Positions 1 through 8,605 of a DNA stretch of 64,000 nt are shown here, piece after piece. The notes under the pieces were generated by a model. That model saw only the letters and a program-made list of their open reading frames with translations, had not been told where the DNA came from and did not search any database. Source of the DNA: Candidatus Gastranaerophilaceae bacterium (GTDB taxonomy: Bacteria; Cyanobacteriota; Vampirovibrionia; Gastranaerophilales; Gastranaerophilaceae). Both the position numbers and the translations under genes were made by a program. The stretch is from positions 13,947 through 77,946 of the forward strand of contig JBAYNW010000001.1 in the NCBI GenBank assembly GCA_041678605.1, given 5' to 3'. How positions within the stretch are numbered: position 1 is the stretch's first letter; every line of letters starts with the position of its first letter.

Positions 1-2
1 CT

Positions 3-806
3 GAAAAAAAACTTAAAGAGCAGATTAATCTTGTTGATGTTGTGATTGAGGTTCTTGATGCGAGAATTCCATTGAGCAGCTGTTATACAAATATTAAATC
101 CCTGCTGGGCGAAAAACCCCGCCTGATTTTGCTTAACAAGGCAGATTTGACCGAAGAACACGAACTTAAAAATTGGATAAAAATCATTGAAAAGCTTTCA
201 GGCTGTCCTGTTTTGACCAGCGATGCCAAAAATTCTAAAAATTTGGATAAAATTGTAAGCAAAGCAGTCGAACTTAGCGAGCCTCGGATTCAAAAGTTAA
301 TGCAAAAGGGGCTTTTACACCGTGCGGCACGTGTTATGGTCGTCGGAATGCCGAATGTCGGCAAGTCCAGCATCATTAATAAATTAACAAAAACTTCCAA
401 AACGAAAGTCGGAGCCAAGGCAGGAGTTACCCGTCAGCAGCAGTGGGTAAAAATTAACCCTAAACTCGATTTGCTCGACACGCCCGGAATTATTCCAATG
501 AAACAGGAAGATCAGCAAAGAGCAAGAAAACTTGCGTTTGTGAATTCCGTTTCTGAAAACGCCTACGAAAGCGAAGCGGTTGCAAAAGAATTGTTGAAAA
601 TTTTGGAAGGCAAATACGGCATGAAAGTTAGAGCTTATTACTCTTTAAACGGGAACGACGAGTTGACGGTGGAAAATATCTCAAAAGCGAGAAACTGGAT
701 TGTAAAAGGTGCTTTGCCCGATATTGAACGCACCTCACAATTTGTACTGTGCGATTTTCGCACAGGTAAAATGGGGAAATTTATTTTGGACGAAGTGACC
801 GAGTAG
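3..806 (+). CDS. rbgA: ribosome biogenesis GTPase A (RbgA/YlqF), 5' end cut by window edge
   Basis: Frame is open from nt 3. Circularly permuted GTPase motif order: LLNKADL (G4), then GMPNVGKSSIINKL (P-loop), then LLDTPGI (G3). Also the DVVIEVLDARIP motif. Confidence 0.85.
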   Translation, partial: EKKLKEQINLVDVVIEVLDARIPLSSCYTNIKSLLGEKPRLILLNKADLTEEHELKNWIKIIEKLSGCPVLTSDAKNSKNLDKIVSKAVELSEPRIQKLMQKGLLHRAARVMVVGMPNVGKSSIINKLTKTSKTKVGAKAGVTRQQQWVKINPKLDLLDTPGIIPMKQEDQQRARKLAFVNSVSENAYESEAVAKELLKILEGKYGMKVRAYYSLNGNDELTVENISKARNWIVKGALPDIERTSQFVLCDFRTGKMGKFILDEVTE

Positions 807-888
807 GTTGGGCTTTTGTTTGACCCCCTCCCCCCCCCCTGAAGGGCGAGGGTTTGGGGTGGGGGGTTAAAATTTGCCCAACAACATA
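803..888. repeat. poly-C/poly-G palindromic miniature element (GTAGGTTGGGC ... GGTTTGGGGTGGGGGG ... GCCCAACAACAT)
   Basis: The same termini and G/C core recur inside rsgA (54977-55100). Related cores occur at 1478-1512, 2544-2583, 2725-2761 and 62431-62507. Confidence 0.65.
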
Positions 889-896
889 AGGCTAAT

Positions 897-1772
897 ATGA
901 CTAAATCAAATAATTTATTCGAATTTGAAAGAAATTTTTCTGCTTGTTCCACCCTTGAGGGGGAACCGACATTGTGTAAAAATTTCGAAGGGGAGAGAAA
1001 AACAATAGTAATCGGCACAGACGAAGCAGGCCGGGGTCCCGGTGCGGGCGGCGTTTTTGCAAGTGCGGTTTATTTTCCTGACCCAAATAAGGAACTGATA
1101 AAAAAACTTGCCTTCCTTAATGATTCTAAAAAGCTTTCAAAGAAAAAGAGAGAAGAACTGTATGAAATAATCATTGAAAACGCAATCCATTCGACCGTTT
1201 GCGTAGAAGTTGAAGAAATAGAAAAAATAAATATCTTGAATGCATCTTTAAAGGCAATGAAATTGGCTGTTGAAAATGTCATAAACGAGATGCAAAGCTG
1301 CATAGATGCAAAGACGCAAAGCGACGCAACTCTTGTTGAGAAAAGAAACTTAGAGATGTGTCATTGCGAGGAGCGAGGCACGAGCGACGCGGCAATCCAA
1401 AAAAAATCTTCTCACCTCTCACCTCTCACTTCTCACATTTTGGTCCTTGTTGATGGAAACAAGTTAATTAAAAACTTCCCCTCGCCCCTTGGGGGAGAGG
1501 GCAGGGTGAGGGTTAATATAACTCAAAAGTTTATAATCAAGGGCGACTCAAAGTCCGCAAGCATTGCGGCGGCAAGTATTTTGGCAAAAGTTTCACGTGA
1601 CAGATATATGAAGGAACTTGGCAAAAAATTTCCGCAGTACAACTGGGGGCAAAACGCAGGATATTTGACGGCAGAACATTTAGATGCTATTGATAAATAT
1701 GGACTAACACCAATTCACAGGAAAAGTTTTTTGAGGAAACACAACGCAAAGCAACTAAGCCTTTTGAATTGA
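897..1772 (+). CDS. rnhB: ribonuclease HII, with in-frame repeat insertions
   Basis: Motifs GTDEAGRGPGAGGVFASAV, LNDSKKLS, VDGN, KGDSKSASIAAASILAKVSRD and NAGY..AEH. True start is uncertain because the N-terminal 35 aa are repeat-derived. Confidence 0.85.
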   Translation: MTKSNNLFEFERNFSACSTLEGEPTLCKNFEGERKTIVIGTDEAGRGPGAGGVFASAVYFPDPNKELIKKLAFLNDSKKLSKKKREELYEIIIENAIHSTVCVEVEEIEKINILNASLKAMKLAVENVINEMQSCIDAKTQSDATLVEKRNLEMCHCEERGTSDAAIQKKSSHLSPLTSHILVLVDGNKLIKNFPSPLGGEGRVRVNITQKFIIKGDSKSASIAAASILAKVSRDRYMKELGKKFPQYNWGQNAGYLTAEHLDAIDKYGLTPIHRKSFLRKHNAKQLSLLN

Positions 1773-1794
1773 TGGTCCAAAGCCCATCCTACTT

Positions 1795-2157
1795 CTATTT
1801 ATACTTTTTAGATAATATATCGAGCCATCCATTCAGTGCATCAAATGGCGTAAGGCTTGAAGTTTCTTTACCTTTTACAGAGGGCATAAGGTCCTCTAAT
1901 AGTTCAACATGCGACTTAGTCTCCCCTTTTGTTATTTGAACTTCAAGAGGTATATCATTTCCTTCTATCCAGGTATAAATCCAATCACAATTTACACCTT
2001 GAGCTTTTTTAAACAAAAAATCTTTTTGTTCTTTTAAAATAATATTGCTCGTATCATATATTCTCAAAACAGCATTGAAAGTTGGCTGCTTTATATTTTT
2101 ATTTTGACCTTTGTTTAAAGATACGGAATTATACTTAGCTTGTGGAATTGATAACAT
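1795..2157 (-). CDS. hypothetical protein (orphan family with shared upstream motif)
   Basis: 120-aa ORF. N-terminus has ..KQPTFNAVLRIY.., resembling ..QASFGSVNLVQV.. of ORF 39792-40412. Upstream motif pair at 2178-2193 and 2226-2241. Confidence 0.5.
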   Translation of the reverse strand: MLSIPQAKYNSVSLNKGQNKNIKQPTFNAVLRIYDTSNIILKEQKDFLFKKAQGVNCDWIYTWIEGNDIPLEVQITKGETKSHVELLEDLMPSVKGKETSSLTPFDALNGWLDILSKKYK

Positions 2158-2291
2158 ATGTTTCCTTCATTTTCTAATATATTTAATATAAACCTTCTAA
2201 AGAGATTTTGTGCTAGCTCTGAAAATTTATTTACATAAATTCACATTGAAGAATAAGAATATTCTTGATAGAATTAATTTAGCGAGGAAAA

Positions 2292-3920
2292 ATGCAGTAC
2301 AATTCAATTAACTATGTGCCAAAAATAGAACCTGACAGTCTGGAAGTGCTTTCTTTGATTTACACGCCGGGCGTCGGGCATGCGTGTATGAAAATTAAGG
2401 AACAGGCGGGGCTTTCTTACGTTTATACCAACCGTGAAAATTCCGTTGCGGTTTTGTCCTTTGATTACGAAAAATCTCTCAAGCGGGCGATATTCCTAAA
2501 AAGTACGCTTAATATTGACGCATATCCGTTTGAAGCCAATATACCCTCCCCCCTTGAGGGTGAGCGAAGCTCTGGTGGGGAGCTTCAAGGTGTAATCAAA
2601 CTAGTAGTTGAAAATATTTCCCCAAATTTTTGCGGAATTGACTTGACGCTGATTACAGATGAAGTAAAAAATATTGAGTTTGATGTCGAAATTCCTGTTT
2701 TGAAAAGCACTTGTGCCGGAAATACCCCCCACCCCAACCCTCCCCCTCAAGGGGGGAGGGAGCAAACCGCGGCCGTTGAACCTATTCCAAAATCGGGTGT
2801 CGACATAATGGATTTTTTCAAACCATTTTCAAAAAATATTTTTCAATTTGATATAAATCAGCTTGAGGGTGATTTTAAAGAGCAGGCACTTTATTTAAGA
2901 GAAAAGGCAGGCGGAGTGATTGAAAGCCAATTAAGCGAAGAACCTTTCGTTTACCCTCCTGTTGCGATAATTTCTGACGGCTCGGCCGTGCTGGGGTTTG
3001 GAAATATCGGTCCGGAAGCCGGTCTTCCCGTGATGGAAGGGAAGGCAGTAATTTTCAAATCACTCGGTGGCGTAAACGCAATACCGCTTTGTCTTAAAAC
3101 CCAAAAATCCGGGGAAATAATAAAAATTGTGCAGGCTTTAAAAAATTCTTTCTCAGGCATAAATCTTGAGGATATTTCTGCACCAAGATGTTTTGACATT
3201 GAAAAGGAATTGATTAAAACCCTTGATATTCCCGTATTTCATGATGACCAGCATGGAACTGCGATTGTTGTTTTGGCAGCACTTTTGAACTCACTTACTC
3301 TTGCAAAGAAAAAGATTGCCAAAGTAAAAATAGTTTTTTCAGGTGCAGGAGCGGCAGCACAGGCGGTTTCCAAATTACTTATGAAAGCAGGGGCGAAAGA
3401 TATAATCCATGTTAATAAAAACGGAATAGTTAACGAAAACTCCGCTCAGGGAGATAATTATCTTAAAGAGTTAGCCAAAGTGACCAATAAAGAGGGTTTG
3501 GAAGGAAAACTGGAGGATGCACTTAAAGGAGCTGATGTTTTTATCGGGCTTTCGGCAGGTGGAGTTTTGAAGTCGGAATTTATCAAACAAATGGCCGAAA
3601 GCCCGATAATCTTTGCTCTGGCAAACCCGACTCCTGAAATCATGCCAAATGAAGCAAAGGCGGCAGGGGCATTTATTGTAGCAACCGGTCGGAGTGATTT
3701 TGATAACCAGATTAACAATTCACTCGTTTTTCCCGGACTATTCAGAGGGGTTTTGGATAACGGGATTAAAAAAATCACGGACGAAATCAAACTCGGATGT
3801 GCAATCGCACTTGCCTCGCTTATAAAAGACGAGGATTTAAGCCCGACAAACATCTTGCCGAATGCACTTGACCCGAGAGTTGTTTTGGCGGTTGCAAGCC
3901 GATTGGCTGAGTTTACCTGA
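2292..3920 (+). CDS. NAD(P)-dependent malic enzyme (short type) with a 169-codon insertion
   Basis: Motifs LIYTPGVG, SDGSAVLGFGNIGPEAGLPVMEGKAVIFK, INLEDISAPRCF, PVFHDDQHGTAIV, FSGAGAAAQA, ALANPTPEI and NNSLVFPG. Confidence 0.85.
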   Translation: MQYNSINYVPKIEPDSLEVLSLIYTPGVGHACMKIKEQAGLSYVYTNRENSVAVLSFDYEKSLKRAIFLKSTLNIDAYPFEANIPSPLEGERSSGGELQGVIKLVVENISPNFCGIDLTLITDEVKNIEFDVEIPVLKSTCAGNTPHPNPPPQGGREQTAAVEPIPKSGVDIMDFFKPFSKNIFQFDINQLEGDFKEQALYLREKAGGVIESQLSEEPFVYPPVAIISDGSAVLGFGNIGPEAGLPVMEGKAVIFKSLGGVNAIPLCLKTQKSGEIIKIVQALKNSFSGINLEDISAPRCFDIEKELIKTLDIPVFHDDQHGTAIVVLAALLNSLTLAKKKIAKVKIVFSGAGAAAQAVSKLLMKAGAKDIIHVNKNGIVNENSAQGDNYLKELAKVTNKEGLEGKLEDALKGADVFIGLSAGGVLKSEFIKQMAESPIIFALANPTPEIMPNEAKAAGAFIVATGRSDFDNQINNSLVFPGLFRGVLDNGIKKITDEIKLGCAIALASLIKDEDLSPTNILPNALDPRVVLAVASRLAEFT

Positions 3921-5283
3921 ACTTTTTCATCGCATTCATCACTTGAGCCATGTTTGGTTTCCCCTTGCCGCCTTTGAGATTGTCGGTCATGCCGGACATT
4001 CCTTTCATCATGGTACGCATTTGCTCAAATTGTTTGATAAAAATATTTATATCATGCAGAGAAATACCGCTGCCTTCGGCAATCCGTTTTTTGCGGCCGG
4101 AATTAATCAATTGCGGGTTTGCCCTTTCTTCAGGCGTCATACTGGAAATAAAAACTTCAATTCTCTTAAACTGTTTTTCGCCCTGATGGGAAATCAAATC
4201 CTTATCTTCCCTTTTTAAATTAGGAATCGGGAGCATTCCAAGGATTTGGTCGATTGAGCCGAACATTTTCATCTGTTTTTGCATTTTTAAAAAATCGTCA
4301 AAAGAAAATTCGGCTTTTCGCATTTTCTTTTCAAGTTCAAGTGCTTCTTTCTCGTCAAAAACTTCCTGAGCTCTTTCAACGAGCGAAACAATATCGCCCA
4401 TTCCTAAAATTCTTGTCGCCATCCGCTCAGGGTAGAAATCTTCCAATGCGTTCAGTTTTTCACCGGTACCTGTTAATTTAATCGGTTTTTTTGTGCAATG
4501 AACCACGCTTAAGGCCGACCCGCCGCGTGAATCACCGTCCAGTTTGGTTAAAACAAGTCCCGTAAGGCTGAGCTGTGCGTCAAAGTTTTCTGCGACATTC
4601 ACGGCCTCCTGACCGGTCATTGCATCAATTACGAGAAGCTTTTCCTGTGGAGCGAAAATTCTGTCGATGAGCAAAAGTTCGGCCATCATGTCGGTATCAA
4701 TTTGCAAACGCCCTGCCGTGTCAAGGATTAAGGTGTTAAATCCGTTTTCTTTTGCGTAAGATATTGCATTTTGAACAATTTTTTGAACATCTTTGGAATT
4801 TTCGTCTGAAAAGACTTCGACGCCGATTTGCTGTCCCAAAGCCTGTAATTGCTTTATAGCAGCAGGACGGTAAATATCACATGCTACTAAAAGCGGGTTT
4901 CTGCCTTCTTTTTTTAGTTTCACGGCAAGTTTTGCCGATGATGTGGTTTTCCCTGACCCCTGAAGTCCCAGCATCATAATAATATTAGGATGTCCGTCAA
5001 GATTGAGCGGAGAAAGCTCACGCCCCAAAAGTTCCACGAGTTCATCGTGGACAATTTTGACAAGCTGTTGAGAAGGATTGACGCCCTTTAACACCTCTTC
5101 GCCTTCGGCTTTGTCCTTAATGTTTGAGATAAATGCTTTTACCACACGCAAATTAACATCCGCCTCCAAAAGTGCACGGCGGATTTCCCTCAGGGCTTCT
5201 TGCATATTGTCTTCGGTCAAAGCACCGCTTGAAGACGTTTTTCTGATTATATCCTGTAATCTGTCTGATAAAGAGTCGAACAT
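3913..5283 (-). CDS. ffh: signal recognition particle protein Ffh
   Basis: MFDSLSDRLQ N-terminus, GLQGSGKTTSSAKLA P-loop, DTAGRLQ, TKLDGDSRGG, and a Met-rich M domain at the C-terminus. Confidence 0.95.
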   Translation of the reverse strand: MFDSLSDRLQDIIRKTSSSGALTEDNMQEALREIRRALLEADVNLRVVKAFISNIKDKAEGEEVLKGVNPSQQLVKIVHDELVELLGRELSPLNLDGHPNIIMMLGLQGSGKTTSSAKLAVKLKKEGRNPLLVACDIYRPAAIKQLQALGQQIGVEVFSDENSKDVQKIVQNAISYAKENGFNTLILDTAGRLQIDTDMMAELLLIDRIFAPQEKLLVIDAMTGQEAVNVAENFDAQLSLTGLVLTKLDGDSRGGSALSVVHCTKKPIKLTGTGEKLNALEDFYPERMATRILGMGDIVSLVERAQEVFDEKEALELEKKMRKAEFSFDDFLKMQKQMKMFGSIDQILGMLPIPNLKREDKDLISHQGEKQFKRIEVFISSMTPEERANPQLINSGRKKRIAEGSGISLHDINIFIKQFEQMRTMMKGMSGMTDNLKGGKGKPNMAQVMNAMKKFR

Positions 5284-5325
5284 ATTTTAATTTTACTATA
5301 AAAAAAGTCGTATTATAATAGTCTT

Positions 5326-6237
5326 ATGTTCAGGTTAGAAAAATTTATGGGAAGAAGAGTTTTGAAATCATCTCTATTGGATGATTTCGGCGTTGCTGCG
5401 TTTTTTACAACGAGAGATTTGCCGCTGAAATCAGGCGAAAGAGAAGATTTGATTGAAGAAGTCGAAAACAACAAACGCCTTGTTTGCGAAGGACTTGGTA
5501 TCCCTGCAGAAAACCTCATAATTCCTGTTCAAACTCACAGCGACAATGTAAGATGTATAGGGGCAAAGACGCATAGAAGCGTAGAAAATTTAAACATTTC
5601 AGCCTTTCAGCCTTTCAGCCCTTCAACCCTGGAAAACAACGACGCACTTATAACTGACCGGCCACAAATTGCACTGGCACTAAATTTTGCCGATTGCGTT
5701 CCGATTATTTTTTACGACCCGATTAAAAAAGCTGCCGCAGCGGCTCATGCCGGCTGGCGTGGAACAGCGGCAAAAATCGGCCCAAAAACAGTCAAAAAAA
5801 TGGCTGAAAATTTTGGTTCAAAACCTGAAGACATAATTGCACTTATCGGCCCGGCAATCGGAAAATGCTGTTTTGAAGTGGGAGAAGATGTTAAAGAAAA
5901 ACTGCTCGTCTCTGCGTCACTGCGAGGCTTAAAATGTAAAAATCAGCCAAAGTCGTCCACCGAAGCAGTCTGTCCAAAAGACAATGCCGGCAAGATTGCT
6001 TCGGTGGGTATTTCAAGCCCAGCCGATAATCAATGCCTCGCAATGACGGTTTGTGATAACAATAATATTGATTTAAAACAGATTAACAAACTTCAACTAT
6101 TAGCCATTGGGGTAAGAAAAATAGATTTATGCGAGTATTGCACTTCTTGCAGAACTGATTTATTCTTTTCTTATAGAAAAGAAAACGGCAATACCGCCAG
6201 ACATTCGGCAGTTATAATGATAAGAAATGAGAGATAA
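5326..6237 (+). CDS. pgeF: peptidoglycan editing factor PgeF / YfiH (DUF152 laccase-domain) with two in-frame repeat insertions
   Basis: Motifs VQTHSDNV, NFADCVPI, AHAGWRGT, GPAIGKCCFEVG and LFFSYRKENGNTARH. Confidence 0.8.
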   Translation: MFRLEKFMGRRVLKSSLLDDFGVAAFFTTRDLPLKSGEREDLIEEVENNKRLVCEGLGIPAENLIIPVQTHSDNVRCIGAKTHRSVENLNISAFQPFSPSTLENNDALITDRPQIALALNFADCVPIIFYDPIKKAAAAAHAGWRGTAAKIGPKTVKKMAENFGSKPEDIIALIGPAIGKCCFEVGEDVKEKLLVSASLRGLKCKNQPKSSTEAVCPKDNAGKIASVGISSPADNQCLAMTVCDNNNIDLKQINKLQLLAIGVRKIDLCEYCTSCRTDLFFSYRKENGNTARHSAVIMIRNER

Positions 6238-7546
6238 AATGACAACAATAGTAGAAAAACTACAAACAATAAGCGACGTAATGGGCGATTTAATAAATTT
6301 TGTTCAGACGAACAAAGAACTTGAGCCTGACTTCAAGGAATATTTGAGTACTATAGGCCTTAAAAAAGTTATGCCTTCGCAGGTTCAAGCAATCTGCCTG
6401 CCCTACATTTTTGAGAGAAATATAGATTCAAAAAATATTATAGAAATCTTTCTGGAAAAAGCCAAAAAGACGACAAAATATGCAAGAGCCATTCTCAAGG
6501 GGCTTACAAGCTCGGTTTCTTCAATATTTGAGGTTAAAAAAATCCTCAAAAACGGGTTTGAACTGTATAATTTGGTTAATGAAAAAACCTACAGCGTAAT
6601 TTCTCTGGTAAAAATGACGCACTTTAGAGGCGTTGGCATCGGGCAGTACGTTATTGCAAGAATTTTTGAGTTTGAAGAGGAATATTATCTGCTTGAAATA
6701 TCGAACGTTTTGGCCGCCAACAGAAAAGACGAGGCGATGCGTTATGCTATCGCAAAAATAATTCAATCCCCCGAGCTTGTTTACAAAGATAACAGCGAGA
6801 AACAAAAAGAAATTGAAAAACAGGTTAAAAAATTGCACAAAAAATTTCTGGAGTGCTTTGGAAAAGATGAAGTTATAACCACAAACAAGCTGGCAGACGA
6901 CGTTATTGGGATATTTAACGATTTTTCCGAAAAAAACGAAAAAGTCGTCCAAGAAGTAATAGACAAAAAAATTCAGGCCCTTGATGAATATAAATTTTTC
7001 GCCGTAGAGGAGTTTAATAATTCCTACGAAAACTTTTTGGAGAATTCCCTTGGCGGGTTTTCCGCACACAAAGAAACCTACGATGTGGGAATAATTTTTG
7101 ACGAAGAACTCGGGCTTTGTGCTGTGCCTTTTTACAAAACCTTTTGTAAATTATTTGAGGAGAAAGATTATAAAAAAATCGAAAATTACGATAAATGTTT
7201 AGAGCATTTCTTGCTTACAGACGGGATTTCTGCGAATTTGCTCAAAAGAGTCGAGGCAAAATCCCCCAATTTTATGAAAGTGATAAACAAAATTTATTCA
7301 ACAGACATGACCTTTGATGAACTGCTTGAAAAGTACAAACCGCAGTACTTGAAGGAGAAAATCTTTTCCTCAACAACTGTACTGTATGAATCAAAAACTT
7401 TTGCAAAAACTCTCGGCTACATTGAGGAAGAGGAGAAGGATAAATGCAAACCTAAATTTGATGCGGCAAATATCGGCAGAAACGAACTCTGCCCATGCGG
7501 CAGCGGTAAAAAATATAAAAGATGCTGTATGACAGCGTTTGCGTAA
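6227..7546 (+). CDS. hypothetical protein with C-terminal SEC-C metal-binding motif
   Basis: C-terminal CPCGSGKKYKRCC. The rest is unrecognised. Overlaps the pgeF stop by 11 nt; an alternative ATG lies at 6239. Confidence 0.6.
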   Translation: MRDKMTTIVEKLQTISDVMGDLINFVQTNKELEPDFKEYLSTIGLKKVMPSQVQAICLPYIFERNIDSKNIIEIFLEKAKKTTKYARAILKGLTSSVSSIFEVKKILKNGFELYNLVNEKTYSVISLVKMTHFRGVGIGQYVIARIFEFEEEYYLLEISNVLAANRKDEAMRYAIAKIIQSPELVYKDNSEKQKEIEKQVKKLHKKFLECFGKDEVITTNKLADDVIGIFNDFSEKNEKVVQEVIDKKIQALDEYKFFAVEEFNNSYENFLENSLGGFSAHKETYDVGIIFDEELGLCAVPFYKTFCKLFEEKDYKKIENYDKCLEHFLLTDGISANLLKRVEAKSPNFMKVINKIYSTDMTFDELLEKYKPQYLKEKIFSSTTVLYESKTFAKTLGYIEEEEKDKCKPKFDAANIGRNELCPCGSGKKYKRCCMTAFA

Positions 7547-7597
7547 GAGGATGCGGAAAAGTTTATCGTGTTATAATAGAATCGAAAAGGTGAAGCA

Positions 7598-8344
7598 TTG
7601 GCTGAAGAAAATAACAAATTAAAACTTTCATTAGCACATTTATATCCGGAATTGCTCAATATTTACGGAGATTTTGGCAATGTTTTGACAATAAAAAACC
7701 GCTGCGAATGGCGGAATATTGAGGTCGAAATTACTCAAATAAATATCGGTGACAAAATTGACCCCGAAAAATTCGATTTTTATTTTATCGGGGGCGGTCA
7801 AGATAAGCAGCAGATTGAAGTTGCAAGGGAATTACAGCTGCAAAAAGATAATCTGCATGCTTCAATGAATTCAGGTGCGGTTTTTCTGGGAATTTGCGGA
7901 GGATATCAGCTTTTCGGTAATTATTACCAGCCTCATAACGGTGCAAGATTAATGGGGATAGGGCTTTTGGACGCTTATACTCTGGCAGGCGAAAGAAGGT
8001 TTATAGGAAACGTTACCGCAAAAACAGATTTCACCATGCCCAGAACCCTTGTCGGGTTTGAAAATCACAGCGGATTGACGTATATAAAAGGCGAGACCAA
8101 GCCGCTTGCAACGGTGGAAATCGGTGCCGGCAACAATGGAGAAGACAAAACAGAAGGTGCAAGGTTTAAGAATGTTTTCGGGACTTATCTGCACGGTTCG
8201 TTTTTACCGAAAAACCCCCATTTCGCAGACTTTTTAATAAAACTTGCACTTGAAAAACGTTATAAAGACAACATTGAACTCCCAAAATTAAATGATGAAC
8301 TTGAACTTCAGGCACACATGGCTTTGATTAACAAACAGTATTGA
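7598..8344 (+). CDS. gatD: lipid II isoglutaminyl synthase glutaminase subunit GatD (CobQ-type GATase)
   Basis: TTG start. Motifs LAHLYPELLNIYGDFGN, FIGGGQDKQQ, ICGGYQLFG, GFENHSG, GNNGEDKTEG and GTYLHGSFLPKNP match the GatD pattern. Confidence 0.8.
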   Translation: MAEENNKLKLSLAHLYPELLNIYGDFGNVLTIKNRCEWRNIEVEITQINIGDKIDPEKFDFYFIGGGQDKQQIEVARELQLQKDNLHASMNSGAVFLGICGGYQLFGNYYQPHNGARLMGIGLLDAYTLAGERRFIGNVTAKTDFTMPRTLVGFENHSGLTYIKGETKPLATVEIGAGNNGEDKTEGARFKNVFGTYLHGSFLPKNPHFADFLIKLALEKRYKDNIELPKLNDELELQAHMALINKQY

Positions 8345-8345
8345 G

Positions 8346-8574
8346 CTTGCGGAAAAATTAAAAATTTTTCTCGCAATCTCCACTGTCCGGCTTTCATCCT
8401 TACCGCCGGCTGTCTTGAAAGCTCGCATTAAACGGGTCTGCAACGCCGCCGCCTACGCGTCGCCGTTTCGCCCTCTGCTCGCTTTCGCTGTCCCGCAGCC
8501 GGTAAGGATTTAGCACTTCCTAGGTCGGATTTGAAAAAGTTCTAAAAATTGTCATTTTTAGACTTTTTCCGCAT
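8346..8574. other. GC-rich structured intergenic element (candidate ncRNA or MITE-like element)
   Basis: Outer 10-bp complement TGCGGAAAAA (8348-8357) / TTTTTCCGCA (8564-8573). Inner complement ATCCTTACCGCCGGCTG (8396-8412) / CAGCCGGTAAGGAT (8496-8509). GC content is far above the flanks. Confidence 0.3.
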
Positions 8575-8605
8575 CCTCATTAGTTTTCATGATAAAATTA
8601 TTCCT

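Noticed and set aside
3862-4218. Antisense or shadow ORFs inside well-supported genes (for example 3862-4218, 3950-4186, 6521-7069, 34037-34432, 52779-53243, 42570-42983, 44190-44657, 48821-49231).
   Set aside because: Each lies fully within a conserved gene on the opposite strand or in another frame. All have low-complexity translations typical of shadow ORFs in AT-rich DNA.
8346-8574. Assignment of the GC-rich element to RNase P RNA or SRP RNA. The minus strand reads GGCGGTAAGGATGAAAGCCGGACAG, faintly like GGUAAGGGUGAAAGG / GGAAAGUCCGG.
   Set aside because: The element is too short (about 230 nt) for RNase P. The order of the motifs does not match. No SRP domain IV GGAA/AGCA features were seen. 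It is kept only as an unclassified structured element.
7547-8578. 14-bp inverted repeat flanking gatD as evidence of a mobile gatD cassette.
   Set aside because: A 14-mer inverted match within 1 kb has a non-negligible chance expectation in 64 kb of AT-biased sequence. No target duplication or mobility gene is present. It is mentioned only as a weak note.
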